From: Xylographa opegraphella
Taxonomy: Eukaryota
Assembly (NCBI GenBank): GCA_022813865.1
Contig: JALDZX010000001.1
Coordinates: forward strand, 496,001 to 560,000
DNA length: 64,000 bases
Direction: 5' to 3'
Positions 38,852 to 51,600 of this stretch are shown here, piece by piece (positions within the stretch are counted from its first letter, which is position 1; the number at the start of each line of letters is the position of its first letter). Both the position numbers and the translations under genes were made by a program. The notes below the pieces were generated by a model. That model was not told where the DNA came from. It did not search any database and worked only from the letters and a program-made list of their open reading frames with translations.

Positions 38852-38930
38852 CCAGAGTTAGCTCAATGGTTAAGCGTGGCTGCTATAGAGCACCATGACA
38901 CAAGGTCCTGGTTTCGAATCTCGGTGAGCG
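38852..38930 (+). ncRNA. Degenerate tRNA-like element (tRNA pseudogene or SINE head), isotype uncertain
   Basis: A-box-like TAGCTCAATGGTTAAGCG (38859-38876) and B-box-like GGTTTCGAATC (38910-38920) at tRNA-like spacing. Acceptor and T stems do not pair properly. Confidence 0.55.
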
Positions 38931-39091
38931 TGGCTGAAAACCCATGTGCTTGCATAGGCAGCACAAAAGACCGTTACGTTCTGTTGACTTTGTAGTAAAA
39001 TCACTCATAGTACAGCGATTTTCATAAGATACCTCCGGGTATCTGAACTTTTTGATCTTTTAAAGGCTTATTGACTAACAATATGTAACAC

Positions 39092-40280
39092 ATACTAGCA
39101 ACTCATGAGCTCAGCAGCATAAAAACAAGTATGAAATTTATTGATTTTATCCTGCAATCATCGTCTGAAGCGGTACTACCTCTCATTCCCGATCCATACT
39201 GTTGGCAAGCAAATACATTCGCTAGCACTCACTGTCCAATGATCAGACCATGCGCGAGCGCCTAGACCAACCTGGCTACTATTTGATCATATCGTGTATT
39301 TAAACCTCATCGACCAGCGCCAAGTAATTTGGTTGCTGTATGTGTTAGTTTTATGTTTCTCAATAGAGGACATACACGCATTTCAAGCTCCTCCAAACCT
39401 GCGACACCGTCACTTTCGCTGCAAAAAAGCATAAGGCTTGAAAGCCTCAAAAGTCTTCAACATCTTCATGTCCTATTCATCTGCGAAATGGTAGTATGCT
39501 CCTGCCGAATGCCAAGGGGTAAAAGCAGTGATACAGCAGGGCTTCATTAAGAAGAGTTGAGCTATGCGGTCTCATAGTAATCAGCCAACTCGGTGGGTTT
39601 AACTCTCTGATGTACTATTCCTCAACACTCTTCATACCGTCGAGTTCTCGAGTACAGTATCTATTGGCACAGTGTTTTGCTGCGATGAATATCAACTGGG
39701 AGTAGAGTCTTGTGGGTCCTGCCTTTAGACTCCACCTAATTTCTTCCAGTAACCTTATGCTCTTTGAGAGAATTGGCAGAAGCAGAATATTTTTATGCAC
39801 AATAAGGGCAATGGCATGGTTCGCCGCGCTGGCAGCAATAACCTCCCACTGAATTTCCGTCCATCATGACTCAGATCTTGTGAAAGCAACCGTTGGCTGA
39901 TTTGCAGATGTCGCTTTGGTTGACATGAGTTTTGGGTAGTCCTCTACTCAAGCGGCGCGGGTATCACAAGAAGCACAAGCTGCTACTTGCGCAGGCCGAA
40001 ATGACATGCTGGGGATCCAAGGTTATTGTTCCGAGTACACTCCTGACACAGATGGGGAATACTATAACCTTGGGTGCATTATGGTATTAATGCAGCCATC
40101 TGTTTCTTCGGATTGCGTTGCTGTGTACTTCTGTTATCCCGAAGTCAAGGGAATTGTCCTAGCTCAGAGGACATCCACGAAGTCTTCCAACATGGCTTTA
40201 ACATTCAATGGCCAAAAGTACAAGCGGAAATGAAGCTGAAGAAGAAATATAACTGCAACTCTAAGGTAGTTAGGATTTGA
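39092..40280 (+). pseudogene. Pseudogene of MFS sugar porter, ITR-type myo-inositol transporter
   Basis: Collinear fragments 'CGLIVISQLGGFNSLMYYSSTLF', 'ERIGRSRIFLCT', 'LYSSG', 'MTCWGS.VIV.STLLTQM', 'AAICFFG', 'VYFCYPEVKG', 'EDIHEVFQHGF', with frameshifts and stops. The N-terminal half is largely unrecognisable, so the start is approximate. Confidence 0.85.
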
Positions 40281-40778
40281 AGGTCTAGGAATGGCTTCTA
40301 TCCACACAATGTACTATTCATGTAACGTACAAGGCCAGAAGAATATCCTCGTTATGGAATAATTTATATTGGGACACGTAGGAATGAATCAGTACAGATG
40401 TACATATCCCTAAGTATGGCATCGAAAGTCAATTAATTGATATACCTACAAATCTTACTAGATTTCAAGCACCAGAACCTGTAGGAAAGCATCACCACAC
40501 ACGCTGATGACCACATCCGACAGCACTTGCGAGATTAAGAGGATGCTGTGGCTTAGTTGAAATATTGAGGGGGGGAACTATCCTAATCAGAGCAAGAAAG
40601 TTGAAAGTTATTCCAGATTCTGCTCTACTAGAATCGGATAAAGGTTATTGCGGATAGCGGGCGCTAAAAACAAAAGCGCTCATGGCGGAGTTTAGATGAC
40701 ATTCGCAGATATGAGGCACGCTATGCAGTTGTTGCTCCGTTAATACCCATTGTGATTTCAAAAAGTTGACGGCCGACG

Positions 40779-41249
40779 ATGTTATTTTTCAGGTAATTAT
40801 GACTGATTGAATCTTCTCAGTAAAAAACAGTATTGATGTAGCACAGTTTCTTTAAGACACTTGTGGACCACGAAGTCACGGTTGAGCTTAAAAATGATAT
40901 CGCTATTCGCGGGACGCTGAAATCTGTCGATCAATTTCTCAATATCAAACTAGATGACATACAAGTTGTCGAAGAATTGAAATATCCACATCTGGTCAGT
41001 TGCAAGAATCTTATATAAAAACTGTGGCTTTTGAGCATTGCTGACCAGCCCCATTATTAGTCTTCGGTCAAGAACGTCTTCATACGCGGAAGTGTGGTTC
41101 GCTATGTTCATCTACCCGGGGCAGCGGTAGATACAGCATTACTGGAGGATGCCACACGGCGGGGTAAGTAAGTCTGCTGGCTGCAGTCAAACGATACTGA
41201 TAAGTCTTGACTTGTAGAAGCGGCCCAGCAAGCTTCAAGGGCTCGATGA
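40779..41249 (+). CDS. LSM2: U6 snRNA-associated Sm-like protein LSm2
   Basis: Exons 40779-40792, 40847-40994, 41061-41163 and 41218-41249 give MLFFSFFKTLVDHEVTVELKND...GTLKSVDQFLNIKL...FIRGSVVRY...LLEDATRREA. Not in the ORF track. Confidence 0.96.
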
Positions 41250-41774
41250 TTTCCCGACTTTACGACTCAGGTTCAAAGGGAACAGGTGAAGACTATCAAG
41301 GTGTCCAGATTTGTTCCTGAAACTGAGCTTGAACTCCAAATTCAACCAAACACCTTCAGGTGGCAAGAGTCTTTTGACCAGCCTCAGGCTCATATGTAGA
41401 TTGTGAGAACGCTATGCTGTCGAAAAGCATCTCCTGAGCCCCTTTGTCCTAGGAAGGCGGCACGCGTGTTTTGACGCATAGCATTAGAACAAGGAGAAAT
41501 AGAATTCTCACTGTAGAGGACAAAAAAACAATAGCAGTATACAACCCTCTTTCCATCAGCTCCATATAGTCTCTACATAGAGACTTGTGTACTAAGAGGG
41601 AAAGTTAAGGTACCCGAATTTCATCCCATGCCAAGCCTGGAAACTAGGGAAACCCGTGATCGCGCGTAGCCGGCAACGCCTCCAGATCTGCTCAATGCTC
41701 ATGAATTTCAACAGCCCAAATCTAAGTCGCCGCTCAGACAACTGCGGAACTTTCTTGATGTTGACACATCTGAC

Positions 41775-44652
41775 ATGTTTCGAAAGCCCCGCGAACAGTC
41801 GACAACCACTTCAGGTTCCCCGCTAAGACCATCCACAGGACGACCGCCCACGCCTCCCTCGGCAGGTCTCAAGTCAACCGCATCCTCGGCAATCAAGAAT
41901 GTCACAGTCATGTCCAATCGAGCACTACCAGTACTAGGTAGTTCGCAAACGACTGTAAGGAGCTCTGGGTTGAATCGAAATAATGTAGCGGGGAAGCCAA
42001 AAGGGAAACCAAATGGGAGCATTTTGAGTTTCTTCAAAAAAGTGGAATCTACACAGAGATCTAGTGACATTGTGACAGAAGAAGAGAGTAGTCTCTTCTT
42101 TGAGGATGTCAAGGCCCCAAGGGAAAGACATACCCCCACACAGACACCCACCCCGCCACGGGATGCTGGGGATATATTTTTAGACGAGTCTACGACACGA
42201 TACAACGAAGATACCTTCCCATCGAAGCGTCGGCGGACAAACGAAGTTGCTCGGACGGTATCAGAGGATATTGAGCACCACCAGATAGTATTTCCTAGCC
42301 AAAATAATCCCGATCGCATGAGAAGATGCGTTACCGAGGTCGTGTCGCCAGAACTGACAAGACGGGTTTCTTCTTTGGATCCCGCTACAGAAGATACCCC
42401 AGGCGAAAACACTGAAGACCAAAGCATGCGCTTAGAAGGTTTGCGTCATGAAGCTGAAGTTGGGCCTCGCTCGTCAACCGGTCCATTCGTCGAAGATTCA
42501 GAAAGCGAGGATGAGATGATCAAGCATCTCACCAAAACAGCATTCAGTGGTACAACGACACCCAGTGAGCTGATGGTAGGCGGGCAGTTGCCAATGGAGG
42601 TGGTCGAACATGCATCCGAAGAGTACAGTATTCCAGTTCTTCCTACGCTCAACCCAGATGCAACCAGCATTGTGGGTGGAGATGGATTTGATGGGATGGA
42701 TGACTTTATTGACGACGAATTTCCTGCTGATGGGGAAGAATATATGGAACGGGTATGGATGGATGAACAAGAAGGTCTGGAGTTTGGCTTGGAAGAGAAC
42801 AAGACGGACCAGGATTTGTTGGATATGAAGGACAAACTCATTAACGACACAGCAATTGCCTCTGCAGAATCTCTTGACACAGAGGCCTGCCCAATCTGCA
42901 GCCTAAGTTTGGCAGGTGTTCCATCCGAGGTAGGTTTTCCCTCGGTTGTGCTGCAAAGTCGTGTAATACTTATAGTAAGTATAGGCCGCATCTGTACATG
43001 TCAATAATTGCTTGGATGGTCGCCCAACCCCGCTTCCTCTTTCTAATATCTCAATAAAGAAGGAAGAAAACAATATCAATGGCCTCGCTCCGTCATCGCA
43101 CAAGCGCTTCCTGCGTGCGGCGATTGCCAGGCCTGGCCAAAGCAACCCTTTCACCTTCACTTCCCCGGAAGTAAGTCACTCATCGGCGTTTTCGAAATTG
43201 ATGTCCTCTCATGCCGAAGATGCGGCGTGGGCCACAGCTGCGGCAGCCGAAACAGCTTCAAGGGGCAAGCCGGCTTTCCAGCGTATCTGCCCCTTTTACA
43301 AGATTTTACCTGGATTTTTTACTTGCGTGGATGCTTTTCGCTACGGAGCAGTTGAGGGTTGCAATGCGTACTTCCTGAGCCACTTCCATAGCGATCATTA
43401 TATCGGTCTTACTTCTTCTTGGTGCTACGGTCCAATATATTGCAGTCATGTTACAGCAAATCTTGTGAGACGACAACTTCGCGTGGATCCAAAATGGGTG
43501 GTAGACTTGGAATTTGACTCCAAATTTGAAATACCGGGCACTCAAGGAGTTGAAGTAACAATGATACCCGCAAACCATTGCCCGGGAAGCTCTCTCTACC
43601 TCTTTGAGAAGTCTATCGGGAAAGGAAAAAGCCCGAAGGTTCAGCGCGTGCTTCATTGCGGTGACTTTCGGGCTTGTCCAGCTCATGTGCAACATCCTCT
43701 TCTACGTCCTGAAGTAGTCGACGTTGTTACCAGCAAGAACGTTGGCCAACAAAAGCTTGATGTTTGCTATCTCGACACCACATACCTAACACCGAAGTAC
43801 GCCTTTCCAAGTCAGGAAGAAGTGATAAAGGCATGCGCAGACATGTGTGTAAGTCTAAGCAAAGACAAGGTAGACGAAACAGACGACTGGGAGCAGACCA
43901 AGAAAGAGCGAGCCGGTAGCGGTATGGTAAAGTTTGTTCGCAAAGAATCCGAGACTGTTAAGGAAGAGCTATGTGAAGACGACGTTGACGCGATGAAGGT
44001 CAATATGAAAGCTGGATCAAAAGTTCGAGGACGTCTCCTGGTGATCGTCGGAACTTACAGTATCGGGAAAGAGAGGATATGTCTCGGCGTAGCTAAAGCA
44101 CTGGATAGCAAGATCTACGCTCCACCCAACAAACAAAAGATCTGCGCCGCGCTCGAGGACCCTGAGCTTATGGCTCGCCTTACGAACGACCCCTTAGAAG
44201 CCCAAGTACATATGCAGATGCTCATGGAAATCCGAGCAGAAACATTAGCAGATTATCTTACCGGATACAAACCGCATTTCTCGCGGATTGTGGGCTTTAG
44301 GCCATCTGGATGGAACTATCGGCCCCCTAACAGCCGCTTCGTGGAGTCGCCAGCGGTGCAAACCGTGCTATATTCGGATAATTGGAAATCGAGATACTCC
44401 ATGGCAGAGTTGGTCCCGCAACGAGGCAGCACACGGGAAGCTAGTTGCTTTGGAGTTCCGTACAGTGAGCACAGCAGTTTCCGAGAGTTGACGATGTTCT
44501 GTTGTGCATTACGGATCGACAAAATCATCCCTACCGTCAATGTCGGGTCGGCTAAGTCGAGGGAGAAGATGAAGTCGTGGTGTGAGAAGTGGGCGATGGA
44601 GAAGAAGAAGAACGGGTTATTTAAGGTGGCTGATGGACAGACCGCCTGGTAG
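41775..44652 (+). CDS. PSO2: DNA cross-link repair nuclease Pso2/Snm1 (UBZ + MBL/beta-CASP)
   Basis: 'CPIC...HVNNCLDG' across intron 42930-42984, 'FLSHFHSDHYIGL', 'ANHCPGS', 'HCGDFR', 'YLDTTY', 'VPYSEHSS', 'IIPTVN'. Confidence 0.95.
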
Positions 44653-46250
44653 AAATATGTATGATTGTACGTGGCCCAAACGAGTATACTACTTAATGCA
44701 TTGGTTCAAAAGACAGCATTTTGTGATAATCACTGTCGAATGGAAAGCAAAATTACGCTTCGGGTGCAGTCCACATTCGATCGAGACTGCCTTCGTACGT
44801 GCGTCTTCTCAATACCCTACAGCCTAGAGTCTCGCCCGGAACTCGAAGCTCGTGGAAAGCATTTTTCTGCTATTCCCCTTAGAAGCCGCGCATGTATCAG
44901 CCACTTGAGAAAAGCCGCGAAGCAATGGAGACTATGATATGTTTCCTTGGTGTAGTGTGCTATAAACGAGGAGCTGAATCTGAATCTCATGCAGTCTGCT
45001 TCGCGCTGCCATGCAAACCTTGAACACGGAACCTTTCTCTTTTCATGCCAGGGTTTATAGAATTGTTCTCTTACCCTTGCCCCTTCGTAAATCCAATCAG
45101 GTCTACCTTCATCGTGGATATCCCCCTTACATCTCCGGTCTCATACCGCCGGCTTTAGGTTTAAAAGCTATCAGTGACAAGCATGCCAAGATCTGAGTCC
45201 TGCCTAACCCGTTCTCGTGATGTGTCTGCGCGATCTGGTTTCGAACAATTCGAACGCTGATTTTATTTCGAAAGCGCCCGATGCTGAGCAGTCAGAGAAC
45301 GGCATGACATTTGCCGGAGATAGTGAAGTTGCTGGCACAGACCTTGTGAAAACTGCTTGATCGAAGGCCGCTATGTATAGTTACGGGACACTCTCGTTAA
45401 GAGGACCCAAGATATGAATGGGGTTAAAAGAGAAATTGGAGAAGATGTGACGAGTGAAAGTGTATATCATTTATGGCGGCTATGAGTACAGGTCTAGCTG
45501 GAGACGAGTGTTCTGCAACAGTTCTTAGATTGTTAAAAGTCAGCTCTTCAAAGATATTGTTACAATGCCTCAGCCAACGATCGTTTCTATACATCAATGC
45601 CACGGCAGTGTCATCGCACGGCCGCCATTCACGCTTCCATCCTCGCAGATACCCTTAGCTCTAGCGCTCCCCATTCTCTCCGACCCCTATGTAGGATACG
45701 ATCTGATCATTGTTTCTCCGAATCCCGCCTGGTGAAGGTCATGGTATATTGCAGAAGACCTAGACACAGAGTTTCAGCACCAGGTCGAGGGCCAACGCGT
45801 CGAGAATGGAGGGAGAAAAATGCCGAAGGCGGGTTGAATTCTCCAACATCTGAGTGACTTCTCTTTAGCGGACGTCAACCCACAACCCAGACCCCTTCCG
45901 CCTCCCATGCTTTTATCCATAGTCCCAGCCGGGCCGAGCCGTACAACGAGAGAATAGCCCCGTCTACGTCTTAGGGCTCGTCATGGCCGACCCAGGATCC
46001 GCGCCTCTCCAGCACAAGTTTCTGCTGTAGTTCTGGTGCCTTTGTTGTACTACTTACTACTATGGGTAATCATAAGTGCTGTCCCTCGGCTTGAATGTCA
46101 ATCCATGCCGTCCGGCCCGAAGATTACTAGTTGCGAAACTGCGGCCCTCGGGCGGCTTGTCCTAGACTGAAGCCATTAATTATAAGTCGCAGGCTACGTC
46201 GACGGGTACGCTCGCTTCGCTTAACAGCGCAATGGTCGAAAGCAGCACTG

Positions 46251-46369
46251 TTAGTAATCCACTTCGTCTCACGGGATTGTTATTACAGTGGCCAGTGGGA
46301 TTGTCTCCAAGTATCTCATCAATTGATGCAGAATGTTCGTTAGTAAGTTGGAAGACCAGACATGACTAA
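46251..46369. promoter_or_regulatory. Three Yap/AP-1-response-element-like sites upstream of the bZIP gene
   Basis: TTAGTAA at 46251-46257 and 46340-46346, TGACTAA at 46363-46369. Confidence 0.4.
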
Positions 46370-46806
46370 GAATACTGAACCGCGCTTATCTAACCGGCCT
46401 CGCCGTCGGCCAAGCTCGCTACCCGATTAGCTTCTCCATTCCCGGCTTGATCGACGCCGCTTCTCGAGGAGGATTGCGCTGCTCACTGCCATGTTGCGTC
46501 AATTCACTGCTCATCTTCCGCAGTCCGCGCTGGTGATGGCACTGGGCCACCATCTCGCTGCCGTCGTGTGAATCGCAGCTCGCCTTATGAATGGCACGGG
46601 TCCTCCCCGACGAACATAGAACTGCACCTCACCCTCGCACGACTCCGAGAGCCTACGCAACACAGGAGGCACTGCACCGTTAGTGCTCGTCTGTTGACCG
46701 CCATTGCCGAATAATCACAGCTCCGATGAGTTTGGTGTCCATTGTGGAACTGTAAATAGCTTGGGTTCTCCTGCCAGCCTTCGGGTTCATCCAACCATCA
46801 GATATT

Positions 46807-48141
46807 ATGTCGACTCTGTCACCGGTAGACACCAGCCAAGAGATATCTCAGCAGCCACCGAGTGGTAGCGGATATGCCAGCGGAGAATCCTCGAGTGCAA
46901 AGAGTCCCTTAGCGATGAGCTTGGGGTTCCTCAAAGGTCTAACAGATAGAAAGAATACTCGTGGTACGACATCTTTCTGCGTCGTCTTGAAATGACGTGG
47001 CTGACACCGCAATAGATGGACAACCACCAAAACGAAGGGGCCCGAAGCCGGATAGCAAGCCGGCGCTGACGCGGAGACAAGAGCTCAATAGGCAAGCTCA
47101 AAGGTAAAAAACGGCGCCTCTAACTCAAAAGTCTTCACTGACGAGACTTGCTTCCCAGAACGCATCGTGAGCGCAAAGAAATATACATCAAAGCTCTGGA
47201 AGAGCAGGTGATGCAGCTCAAAGAGACCTACACCGGCGCAGTGCAAGAAAAGCTAGCCGTCGTCGACGAGAACCGCAAGCTCAAAGAGCTCCTTCGCATA
47301 CACAGTATCGCTTATAACAGCGCCGAGAACGGCACTTCCACCGTCCCGGCCACTTCCTACCTTAGTGGTAGTTCTTCTGGCAGCCGCTCTGCCAGCTACC
47401 CCTTCAATCAGACCTTCAGTCCCCCTCGCCTCCCAACGCCCGGCTCCGCCTCGCCGTCCAGCTCCGGTGTCGCGCAAGCCGGCTCTGAACTCATCGGTGG
47501 ACCGCAGAGCACTTTCGACCCTCAACATCAAGGAGGAGGCATGGATCACGACCAGCTAGGGGTTGACTTCGTGTTAGCGTCAGTTCCCCGCCCGGCGCGC
47601 TACGCGTTATCCCACCCAGCACCGGGCTGACCGCCCGCAGGCTCGAGCGCCCCTGCATGGCGCATCTGCAGTACATGTGCGTCCGCTCCAACGAGGAAGC
47701 CGAACCCTCGCCAAACGGCCATGCCCTCATGGCGAGCTGTCCGCCATTCTCGCATATCGACCAGCATCCCGAGGAGCCGTACCCACACAAGATGCCCGAC
47801 TTACCCAAGGCGGATCTTTTCAAGCTGCTGAATCTGAGCGCGAGCCTGCCGCTGGATGGAGAGCTGACACCTGTGATGGCGCTGAATATGATCCGGAACC
47901 ATGAGCGCTACGCCGAGCTGACGGAGCATGATTTCAATGCGTTGAGAATCGATCTCCAGACCAAGACTCGGTGTTACGGGTAAGTGTCCCCCTTGACCTT
48001 AGGTTTTCGGCTGAGGATCACGAGGCGCTGACACTGGACGATAGCTTCGGCGCTGTCTTGGAGGAGTTCGAAGTCCGCGATGCGCTGAGTAGCTTGCTTG
48101 CAACGAAGCCGAAAAGCTATGCCCGTTTCACGTACGCGTAA
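46807..48141 (+). CDS. meaB: bZIP transcription factor, MeaB-like
   Basis: 'PKRRGPKPDSKPALTRRQELNRQAQRTHRERKE.YIKALE'. Introns 46964-47015, 47104-47158, 47579-47640, 47980-48044. C-terminus 'RCYGFGAVLEEFEVRDAL'. Symbol from recollection of the family. Confidence 0.8.
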
Positions 48142-48621
48142 CCGTTTTCGCTAGTGGATAAAAAGGTCCTTGGGTGCAGCCAACGACGAGATGAGAATGC
48201 ATACATCTGATATGTAGCCGTTCATCAGCAAGAAAAAACAATCATGATTCGGAGACTTCCCATGGTGCACAATATCAAAACGCGTATAGTTTTTTGTTGT
48301 GGGATCTAGACGACAGTTTTCAGGTAACAGCACTGAAAAATGCATGGGCAACAGTACAAAGGATCGATGCATACTCACCCAGGTCTAGCATTATTATTTG
48401 CTCGACTTTCACCGTCGTCACAATGGAACAACAAGGCACGGTTCCATGTATTTAGTTTACAACTAGTGTCTGTGATCAATCTTATGATCATATACTCTTA
48501 TCAGTAGTGTATTATTTATGTCTATGTACAGGGTATTCCAGCCCTTTGGCTTTCCATATTATAGATATGTGTTCGTCCGTAGACTAGTTCGATCATCGTA
48601 CTGCGTTCCCCCTTTCGATCA

Positions 48622-51600
48622 TCATACCGGCTCCCAGTTCCGCCACTGACAGCTGCACCCTCCCGTCCCGCCATCGATCCCACCCGGCCCCCCTTGCGCA
48701 AATGTCACGTTGACATTGCCGAATACCCCCTGCGCCGGATTCACGAGCGTCCCGCCAAAGCCTCGATCCTCTAACACAAACTTCTTCTCCTCCGTCAGGA
48801 TGTGTTCACTGTTGTCCATCCCGTAGCAGTAGAGCATCTTGCTGTTGATGTCCCCACCATGACGATCCAGCGTGATCGACACCGCATACGGAAAGGAGCC
48901 CGGGCACGAAAAGTCGTTCGCCGAGGAGGAGGTGGCGTTTCCGCTTGGTGATGGCGCGGCGCTGGAAGTGCTGCTCGTGGTTGGCGAAGAGGCATTGCTA
49001 CTAGGAAGTAGGATACTGGTGCTTTGTTGATTGGTCCAGATCTGCACGAGAAATCGGGTCTGGGCCCAGGTACAGCGGACGGTGGCAGCGTCTTCTTCGG
49101 AACCGCCATTACCATCGTCTGGTATGGGACCAGATTCTGGAGTGCTGGAATTGACGAGGTCGGTGGATTTGAGAAAGATGGCGCGGTTGAAGTAAGTGTA
49201 GAAGCCGTAGTGCTCTGTAGGCAGACCGCGGTTGTAGAGGCGTAATGGCTGGGAAACAGGAAAAGGCAGGAGATTGGCGGCTGCAGCCGTACCGTCCGGA
49301 TTAAGCTCTGGAGGCGGAATTGCCTGCGTGATATTCGGGAATGGATTTGGGGTGTTGCTGCTGTTGGACTGGCGTTTGCGCAGTTTGTTTGGAACGGGGG
49401 TTATTGGAAGAAAACTCATGAAGAAGGGAGTGAATTCTCCGTCGAATGGCGTGGTGATATTATCTGTGTTGTTGCCAAGAAAGATTTGATCTTCTTCACT
49501 CGGAGACGATGGGTTGGGTACGAAAAGGCCGTCAGTGAAGGTATCTCGAATCCGTATCAAATGACGGCGGAACGAAAAGCCGGCTACAACAGTGTTTCCT
49601 GAACGTTTCTCGGACCATCTGACCTTCTTAGTAGACACAGTGCTATTCGCGGAGCTGCTGCTGTTATCGAACCTGATCTCTACACGGAAATTAGGCTGAT
49701 CTGGAGCGTTTGGGGCGATAGATGCTTGTTGTTCCTTTGGAAGTGCGCAGCTCCACATTGTCGAGGGCTGCACACATCCATTGGTTTTCACAACTGTGTC
49801 TGGCTGAGCTATAGTAGAAATGCCCGTAGGGATTGGTGGGTAACCTGTAAGGTTGAGCCATGAAGATTGAACCGGCATGTCAGAGTGCTGCCGTGTCAGG
49901 CCAATTGCAAGGCCAAGCGCAAGTATGATCATCGCAAGGAGACCAAGAAAGATGAGAAGGAACAAGCATCTCCGCTTCCTCTTTTCCTTCTTACTTTCGT
50001 TTGTTCCGTTTCCCTTATCGTAAATCTCAGGCATCTGGGGTCGCGCATCTAGGTGTTTGGATCTGTTAGTCTGTACCACTACTGATCCTGTCCGCTCTTC
50101 TTTTGTTGCCTTCACCCATCGCCTCTCCTCAGCTCTACTCCATGGCTTCTTAGGTGGTGGTGGATAAAAATTTGAATTTCCATCCACTTGTCGTGTAGCT
50201 TCCTGTCGTGGAGCTCCATAGTATTGATTGATGTTGTATGTGCTTGCAAGTGGCATATATGGCTCATTAGGGACATCTCTCGAGATTCGCTTTAGTCGTA
50301 CTGCTTCACTAGTTGCCATTGCACGTTCAAGACCAGGCGTTACAGCTTCAGGAGAATTCAGTTCTTCAACCTCAGCCGCCGCTAGCATCGGCTTCGATGG
50401 AGCTTTTGAGGTGCCAACGGCCTGCGTAGAGTACTCATTGATTACTTGTCGACTACCTAAAGTTGTCTCTTCCGGCAACTGTTTCGAGATGACTGAATTG
50501 TGTTCCAAGGGCTCGGAAAAAGGATTTCCGCTAGGAGGACCTTCCGGAGCTGGCCGATTCGCTTGCACCGGCCGCTGTGCTCTCACAACAGGCGCGGCAT
50601 GGGCTTCTTGAACTTCTGGAGTGGTATCTAAGTCTTCCTCGATTACTGTTGTCTCGCTGATAGGACGATTTTGTGATTCTTGTACCTCGCCAAAAGCTGC
50701 CGAGAATCTGTTTGCAGCATTCTGACTGAATGGCAGTCTATCCTCACCTACCTGTCTGTCACTACTAGAAGAGTCGATAGCTTTCTGTGGAATGTGTCCT
50801 GGCCCTTGATAAGCAGTTTCTTCTTCAACTAGACGAGACTCCTGTGAAACCTGAAAGGAACAGTCGTGGTTTTGACATTTGAAGAATCGGGTTGGACTGT
50901 TTTGGTCGTGCCAGCATGCTTCGTAGTACTCGGAGGCAGAACCAAAACCAGCAACGTTTTCGAATTCTGGACTTATCACTAGTTTTCGCGACTGAGGATT
51001 GTACGCATCTCCATTAGAAGCAAGAGCACGAGGATTGCTGGTGATCCCTATTTTCGGCCATCCACACTCGTAGCGAGTCATGTCGGTCCATGTCGAACTC
51101 GCCACACTCCGCGGACTGTCCTCTTCAAGCTCAGTAGCATCTGGTGAATGAGAACCATGGTAATTTGTGGGAGACTTTGGCATTTTCGCCTTCTCGCCAT
51201 CTGTGGGGCTGCTCTTTGTTGCGACGGTGTTCGATCGTTCAAGGAAAGGGGAGAGGATCTGGTTCCACCATCCTTTGGATCGATGGCGAGTCGCTATGCT
51301 TTCCGCACTTGAACGTTTAAGCATGATCAATTGACTTTCACCGGAACAAGGACGGTGAATCATTGGACTTTCAGGGCTGCAGTCCTCGTCAATTACTGTA
51401 CACCAGGATTGTATACGTGATTGGAGGTCAGCTGTTCTTTGCTTTTTGCTAGTACGGTGGGCAATCTTCATCGATGACTGCGACATCAGCTGCGACATCG
51501 GTGATAAAGCTGGTATACTTGAAGCTTTCGGATTCTGATATGTTGACTGGACAGCTTGAGAATAGACGCTTGATGCTGCCTTTGGCCGTGTCCTGGATTC

